From positions 1 through 54,086 of the forward strand of contig NZ_DAIUCE010000003.1 of NCBI RefSeq assembly GCF_036846325.1: a DNA stretch of 54,086 nt, given 5' to 3'. Source of the stretch: Ligilactobacillus sp. Lineage in GTDB: Bacteria > Bacillota > Bacilli > Lactobacillales > Lactobacillaceae. Shown one piece after another: positions 48,562 through 54,086 of this stretch; positions within the stretch are counted from its first letter, which is position 1; every line of letters starts with the position of its first letter. The position numbers and the translations under genes were made by a program. The notes under the pieces are model-generated. The model did no database searches. It saw only the letters and a list, made by a program, of their open reading frames with translations, and was not told the origin of the DNA.

Positions 48562-49645
48562 GGTTTACTTGAAAGGCCTGGGACTGATCGGAAGTTCGCT
48601 TGCAAGAGCAATCAAAAAAAAACACCCGGATTACATGCTGATTGCAGAAGATCAAAACAAGGACGCCGAACGCTATGCGCTGGAACACGGAATCGCGGAC
48701 GAATGCGGCACTGCATTTGACAAGGCTGGAGATGCCGACCTGATTATTCTGGCGACGCCCGTCAGCGTAATTGAAGAAGACCTTCTGCGGCTGGCCGGAC
48801 TTGAAACGAAACCGGGAGCAATCATCACTGATGTCGGCAGTACGAAGAAAACGGTCATGGAAGCTGCACGGAAGCTGATTGATGCAGGCAGGATTTTCAT
48901 TGCCGGTCATCCGATGGCGGGGTCGCATAAGACGGGTGTCTGGGCAGGAAAAGCCGATCTGTTTGAAAATGCCTTCTACTTCCTGATTCCGGCAGATGAT
49001 GCGTCCGGGAAGAAACTTCCGGAACTGAAGGAGATGCTCAGTGGAGTTCATGCCAAATGGCTGGAAACGACCCCGGACCGGCATGACAGAATCGTGGCCC
49101 AGATCAGTCACGTGCCGCACGTGGTGGCGTCAGCTCTGGTCAATCAGACTGAAAGGACGTTTGAAGACGAGCCGATGGGGATGAGGGTCGCAGCCGGCGG
49201 GTTCAAGTCCATCACGCGCATCGCATCGGCCGACCCGACGATGTGGAGTTCGATTCTGCTGAACAATGGCGAACTGATCAGCGCGCAGCTTGAAGACTAC
49301 ATCGCCGCTTTAAGGGAGATTGATGAAAAAATCAAGAAACAGGATCAAAAAGCCCTGTTCGACTTCTTCAAGTCAGCCAAAACAGGGCGGGATTCACTTG
49401 GGCCGGAAAAGCTTGGCGCAATTCCTGGTTTTTACGACCTGTTCATCAATCTTGCCGACAAAGTCGGATCCCTGGCCGACGTGACGCGGATTCTGGCAGA
49501 TGCGCGCATTAACCTGGTCAACATTCATATTCTGGAAATCAGGGAGGAAATTGACGGAATTGCACAATTGACATTTTCGTCAGGAAAAGATCGTCAGAAG
49601 GCTTTGGAACTGCTGAAGACAAAGTATAAGATTATTGAGAGGTAA
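48554..49645 (+). CDS. tyrA: Prephenate dehydrogenase with a C-terminal ACT domain
   Basis: GLGLIGSS, DVGSTK, GHPMAGS, SHVPH, TRIA. Confidence 0.93.
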   Translation: MTKVYLKGLGLIGSSLARAIKKKHPDYMLIAEDQNKDAERYALEHGIADECGTAFDKAGDADLIILATPVSVIEEDLLRLAGLETKPGAIITDVGSTKKTVMEAARKLIDAGRIFIAGHPMAGSHKTGVWAGKADLFENAFYFLIPADDASGKKLPELKEMLSGVHAKWLETTPDRHDRIVAQISHVPHVVASALVNQTERTFEDEPMGMRVAAGGFKSITRIASADPTMWSSILLNNGELISAQLEDYIAALREIDEKIKKQDQKALFDFFKSAKTGRDSLGPEKLGAIPGFYDLFINLADKVGSLADVTRILADARINLVNIHILEIREEIDGIAQLTFSSGKDRQKALELLKTKYKIIER

Positions 49646-49650
49646 AAGGG

Positions 49651-50145
49651 ATGAAAGCGATTATCATCGGCTTCATGGGAAGCGGCAAAACGACAGTCAG
49701 CCGGCTTCTGGCCAGAAAATTAGGCTGTCGCGCCTTTGATCTTGACGAATACATCGTTGAAAACGAACAGAGGTCAGTGAAGCAGATCTTTGAAGAAGAC
49801 GGCGAAGACTACTTCAGAAGACGCGAGCACGAGCTTCTGCTTGAAATCCTGAAGGAGGATGCCGTTCTGGCAACGGGAGGCGGGACTCCGTTAAGGGAAG
49901 ACAACAGACTGGCCATGAAGAATGCGGGGGTCCCAGTGATTTTACTTGAGGCAAGCTCAAAGGAAACGTTTGAAAGACTGCAGGGAGACGATACGCGTCC
50001 GCTTGCGGACGGACTTGATGAAGCGAGTCTGGGAAATCTGAAGAATCAGCGTCGCCGGGCGTACGAGGATTGTGCGGATTATGCCATCAGGACAGACGAA
50101 ATGACTCCGCTTGAGATTGCGGAAAAAATCATCGGGTTGCTCTAA
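49651..50145 (+). CDS. aroK: Shikimate kinase
   Basis: GFMGSGKTT, GEDYFR, ATGGG, RPL. Confidence 0.93.
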   Translation: MKAIIIGFMGSGKTTVSRLLARKLGCRAFDLDEYIVENEQRSVKQIFEEDGEDYFRRREHELLLEILKEDAVLATGGGTPLREDNRLAMKNAGVPVILLEASSKETFERLQGDDTRPLADGLDEASLGNLKNQRRRAYEDCADYAIRTDEMTPLEIAEKIIGLL

Positions 50146-50303
50146 AATGAGAGAAAAAAGCTCTGCATTTTCCTTAACAAGGGAATTGCTTCAAATGAAA
50201 ATTAGAGAAAAATTGCAAAACGGTATTGCAAACTTAATTAGTTGGTTGTATAATTTAAAACAATCTTAACTAAATGTGTTTTAAATGAAAGGGAGAACGG
50301 CGT

Positions 50304-51950
50304 ATGAACTGGAAAAAGACATTGACAGCCGGTGTTGCCGTAGCGTCAGCGGCAGTTGCCCTGACTGCCTGCGGCTCATCTGACAGCGGCAAATCAAATG
50401 GAAACGGCAAGCTTGCGGAAAAGCAGGTTTTAAACTGGAATGAGGCATCCGAACTGTCAACAATGGATCCTTCGAAGATCATGGACACGATCGGCGGGGA
50501 CATGCTGAACAACACCATGGAAGGTCTCTACCGCCTGGGCAAGGATTCGAAGGTTGAACCCGGAATTGCCGAGAAGACGACCGTATCGAAGGACAACCTT
50601 ACATACACGTTCACATTGCGCAAGAACGCCAAGTGGTCAAACGGCGATCCCGTCACGGCCAAGGACTTCGTTTATTCGTGGCAGCGCACGGTTGATCCCA
50701 AGACGGCGGCATCATACTCATACCTGTTCTCGGGCATCAAGAATGCTGACGACATCGTTGCCGGCAAGAAGGCACCTTCAACTCTCGGCATCAAGGCAGT
50801 GGGCAAGTACAAGCTTGTCGTAAGTCTCGAAAAGCAGCTCCCTTACTTCAAGCTGCTCATGGGCTTCTGCGTATTTGCACCGCAGAACCAGAAGGCAGTT
50901 GAACAATACGGCAGCAAGTACGGCACGGCAGCCAAGTACATGGTCTATGACGGTCCGTTCAAGATGACGGGCTGGACAGGCACGAACCTCAAGTGGAAGC
51001 TTGTCAAGAACGACAACTACTGGGACAAGAAGAACGTCAAGCTCAGCGAAATCAACTTCAGCGTAAACAAGAGCACGACGACGTCATATAATCTGTATCA
51101 AAGCAAGAAACTGGACGAGACAATCCTCAGTCCGGAACAGTCAAAGCAGCTCAGCAACAACGGCGACTACAGCGTTCTGAAGCAGGCCCGCACGTCATAT
51201 CTTGACTTCAACCAGACACAAAAGAAGTTCCAGAACAAGAACATCCGTCGTGCAATCTCATGCGCGATCGACCGCAAGCAGCTGGCAGAGAAGGTTCTCG
51301 GCGCCGGTACGATTCCTTGCGAAGGTCCTGTCTCCAAGGGTCTTGCAAAGCGTGACGGAAAGGACTTCGTTGAAGCTGCCAAGACAAGCGAAGGTGCTGA
51401 ATTCAACAAGACCAAGGCTCAGAAGTACCTCAAGCAGGGGTTGAAGGAACTCGGCGAAAGCAACTTGAGCTTCACGCTTCTCGGTGATGATACGGACAAT
51501 TCCAAGAAGATCACGGAATTCCTTCAGAGCCAGATTGAAGAAAACCTGCCAGGCACAAAGGTAAGCGTTCAGAACATTCCGTTCAAGACACGTGTCACAC
51601 GTTCACAGAAGGGCCAGTTCGACGTCGTTGTATCAAGCTGGGGCGCTGACTTCTCAGATCCTATCAGCTACCTGGATCTCTACACGACAGGCAATGCATA
51701 CAACTTCGGCAGCTGGAAGAATGCCGAATACGACAAGTGGATCAACAAGTCCAAGACAACTGATGCGGGCAACGCAGAAGCACGTTGGAACGACATGGTC
51801 AAGGCATCCAAGATCATCAACGAAGATCAGGGTATCTCACCTCTGTTCCAGCTCAACCAGCCGCAGCTCATCCGTTCAAACGTCAAGGGACTGATTCAGA
51901 ACACTGCCGGTGCGGTAAACAACTGGAAGAATGTCTACATTACAAAGTAA
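50304..51950 (+). CDS. oppA: Oligopeptide-binding lipoprotein (solitary OppA)
   Basis: Lipobox LTAC; KWSNGDPVTAKDFVYSWQR; WGADFSDP. Confidence 0.9.
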   Translation: MNWKKTLTAGVAVASAAVALTACGSSDSGKSNGNGKLAEKQVLNWNEASELSTMDPSKIMDTIGGDMLNNTMEGLYRLGKDSKVEPGIAEKTTVSKDNLTYTFTLRKNAKWSNGDPVTAKDFVYSWQRTVDPKTAASYSYLFSGIKNADDIVAGKKAPSTLGIKAVGKYKLVVSLEKQLPYFKLLMGFCVFAPQNQKAVEQYGSKYGTAAKYMVYDGPFKMTGWTGTNLKWKLVKNDNYWDKKNVKLSEINFSVNKSTTTSYNLYQSKKLDETILSPEQSKQLSNNGDYSVLKQARTSYLDFNQTQKKFQNKNIRRAISCAIDRKQLAEKVLGAGTIPCEGPVSKGLAKRDGKDFVEAAKTSEGAEFNKTKAQKYLKQGLKELGESNLSFTLLGDDTDNSKKITEFLQSQIEENLPGTKVSVQNIPFKTRVTRSQKGQFDVVVSSWGADFSDPISYLDLYTTGNAYNFGSWKNAEYDKWINKSKTTDAGNAEARWNDMVKASKIINEDQGISPLFQLNQPQLIRSNVKGLIQNTAGAVNNWKNVYITK

Positions 51951-51977
51951 TGTCTTAAACGACTGATCAATTTACAA

Positions 51978-52011
51978 GAAAAGCTCCCGCAAAATCGCGG
52001 GAGCTTTTTTT
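51978..52011. terminator. Bidirectional terminator
   Basis: aaaagctcccgc / gcgggagctttttt. Confidence 0.85.
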
Positions 52012-52026
52012 GCTTTCTGATTCTGT

Positions 52027-53022
52027 TCAGGCACGTTTCAGCAGATTGAACCTGTCATTTTGCTTCTTTTGAAAAAAATCAGTGTAATCGTCAACCTCGA
52101 TGAGATAAAGCGGACGATGCCTTGTTTCAAGCAAGGCCTTGTAGAGATAGATGCCAAGAACGCCCATGGAACAAAGCAGGATTCCGCCAATCAGCCACAT
52201 TGACAAAATGAGCACCGATGAAACTTTGACTGATGAGAAGATTGCTGCAATGCCCGTTCCAATCAATCCGACTGAGCTGACGGAAAATGCCATGATGCCT
52301 GCTGCCAGAATTAATTTCAAGGGGAAATCCGTCATGGAGGTGATTCCGTTTATGGCAAGCGCAAGCATCTTCTTCAACGGGTATTTACTTTGACCATGAA
52401 TGCGGGGTTCCCGTTCGTAAAAGACTTCTGCACTCTTGAACCCGAGCATCGGAACGACCCCGCGCAGAAAGAGATTTTCTTCGTGATACTCAAGCAGAGC
52501 CCTGACCGCACGTTTTGACATCAAACGGAAATCAGCGTGGTTTGGTTTCAGTTCCGTGCCCATTTTCTTCATTATGGAATAGAAGGCATTGGCGGTCATG
52601 CGCTTGAACATGCTGTCCGTTTTGCGCCTGCTGCGGATTCCGTAGACGATGTCGTTTCCCTGCTTGCTCAAGGCGACCATTTCGATGATTTTCTGCGGAT
52701 CGTCCTGCAGGTCACAGTCAATCGTGACCATCAGATCCGAAAAGTCAACAGCGGTCTTCATGCCTGCGAGCAAGGCATTTTGATGACCGAAGTTGCGTGA
52801 AAACTTGATTCCGGAAAAAACGGGGCTTTCCTGCTCAAGTCTCTTGATGATGTTCCAGGTGTCGTCCGTGCTGCCGTCATCGACGAAAAGCACTTTACTG
52901 CTTGTTGAAATCTGTTTTCCGATCATCAGAGTCTGGATGATTTTTGAAAAGACTTCGGCTGAAGTTTCGAGCATCTCTTCTTCGTTATAACAAGGAACGA
53001 TGATTGTGAGTGTTTCGGGCAT
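52027..53022 (-). CDS. GT2 polyprenol-phosphate glycosyltransferase (GtrB/YkcC-like)
   Basis: IVPCYNEE, VDDGSTD, RNFGHQNA, DCDLQD; two C-terminal TMs. Confidence 0.92.
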   Translation of the reverse strand: MPETLTIIVPCYNEEEMLETSAEVFSKIIQTLMIGKQISTSSKVLFVDDGSTDDTWNIIKRLEQESPVFSGIKFSRNFGHQNALLAGMKTAVDFSDLMVTIDCDLQDDPQKIIEMVALSKQGNDIVYGIRSRRKTDSMFKRMTANAFYSIMKKMGTELKPNHADFRLMSKRAVRALLEYHEENLFLRGVVPMLGFKSAEVFYEREPRIHGQSKYPLKKMLALAINGITSMTDFPLKLILAAGIMAFSVSSVGLIGTGIAAIFSSVKVSSVLILSMWLIGGILLCSMGVLGIYLYKALLETRHRPLYLIEVDDYTDFFQKKQNDRFNLLKRA

Positions 53023-53037
53023 AGTTTCTCCTTCTTT

Positions 53038-54086
53038 CTAGTCCAGTTGATAGAGGACTCCCTGACTGCCAAATGCAGAAAAGGAATTCCTGTTTGTTTT
53101 TCCAGGCTGTTTCATGCCTTTTTGCTTTGGCATCTTTCCAGGTTGACGGTGGCTGTTTCCTTTAGAAGGACCGTTTCCCTGATTTTGTCCTCCGGCTGAC
53201 GGCTGCTGCTGTCCATTTGGAGCCTGAGTGTTTCCCTTTGGCATCATGTTTCCGTTTTGGTTTTGACCATTGAACGGACTGTTCTGAGTTTTTGAGCCGG
53301 TTTTTTCAGTTGTCTGTTTTCCGTAAACGATTCTGCCGTGTTTTTTGACCCACTTGACGATTTCATTGTTTGTCGTCTTGCCTGAGAGATAGAAGTATTT
53401 TATCTGACCTTTTCTGACAAGCTGTTTGAATTGGCTGAGCGTGATCGCGTCGTCAGTGCCGTTGTAGCCGCCGATCGTCATGACTGCCTTCTGCGTCTTG
53501 ATGATGTACGGAGCAGCAGTATTTGCATCCATTGTCGCGAAGAGGTATTTGGTATTCCGGGAATGCTTTTCGAGGTATTTGAGCATTTTTGAGTCGACTT
53601 GTTCATTGCCTGAACCGCCTGCATTTCCGTTACGTCCCAGAAGGCTCGGACCTGCACTTGGAATTGCGGCCGATTCTCCGGCCAAAGCCGGCGTCAGGGA
53701 CCAGAACCCCGGTGCAACGAGCAGTGCCGCCAGGCAGAATTTTGCAAACTTCCTTTGCTGGCCGTCATTGAAATGCCAGAATGCGGCAATGGCGCATACG
53801 GAACAAAAAGCAAGCAGAACTGCCAGAATCACGCTGTATTCTGAAACGTACCATGCTTGAAGCATCGTTGTGATCAATAAGCCGATGCTGTAGAGAGCCT
53901 TGAGTTTTGAGTCCTGTTCCCTGAGCGATATCATGTGTGCAAATCCGATTCCGCAAAGAGCCGCAATCGGAGGAGCCATCATGACCGTATAGTAAGGATG
54001 GAAGAAGCCTGCGATTGAGAAGAAGCCGGCCGTCGGAATCAGCCAAAGCGACCAGTAAAGCAGCTGGCGACGTTTTTCATCAAGCC
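53038..54086 (-). CDS. GT39/ArnT-type membrane glycosyltransferase (YkcB-like), 3' part only; gene extends beyond the window
   Basis: Frame open to the window edge (FFSIAGFFHPYYTVMMAPP); IPSAGP, VMTIGGYNGTD; Gly/Gln/Asn-rich tail; paired with the GT2 gene. Confidence 0.8.
   Translation of the reverse strand, partial: LDEKRRQLLYWSLWLIPTAGFFSIAGFFHPYYTVMMAPPIAALCGIGFAHMISLREQDSKLKALYSIGLLITTMLQAWYVSEYSVILAVLLAFCSVCAIAAFWHFNDGQQRKFAKFCLAALLVAPGFWSLTPALAGESAAIPSAGPSLLGRNGNAGGSGNEQVDSKMLKYLEKHSRNTKYLFATMDANTAAPYIIKTQKAVMTIGGYNGTDDAITLSQFKQLVRKGQIKYFYLSGKTTNNEIVKWVKKHGRIVYGKQTTEKTGSKTQNSPFNGQNQNGNMMPKGNTQAPNGQQQPSAGGQNQGNGPSKGNSHRQPGKMPKQKGMKQPGKTNRNSFSAFGSQGVLYQLD

Overview
Chromosomal window from a lactobacillus-like Firmicute. 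The two methyl-accepting chemotaxis proteins suggest a motile species such as Ligilactobacillus ruminis (inference). The content is mostly metabolism and transport: pepO, jag/khpB, MarR/MerR/PadR/ArsR/LacI regulators, a PadR-DUF1700-DUF4097-PspC envelope-stress operon, an ABC-F + MFS pair, a heterodimeric ABC exporter, a Zn/Cd P1B-ATPase, a nucleoside hydrolase and nucleoside ABC importer, maltose phosphorylase/beta-PGM, two MCPs around an orphan sugar-binding lipoprotein, potABCD, Hsp20, an aromatic amino-acid operon, oppA and two glycosyltransferases. The most notable features are not in the ORF track. (1) A 21-codon Tyr/Phe-rich leader peptide (MTGKRAAVAYYFGFAYFAKRP) with competing terminator/antiterminator helices precedes the chorismate mutase-aroC-(BacA-like)-aroA-tyrA-aroK operon, i.e. 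an apparent ribosome-mediated attenuator where a T-box would be expected. (2) A ~590-bp non-autonomous IS607-type element with an internally deleted tnpB is inserted exactly in the Shine-Dalgarno of the nucleoside hydrolase gene. (3) A candidate ~90-nt sRNA lies after potD. (4) Several structured intergenic repeats are present. All calls come from reading the sequence; no database searches were run.
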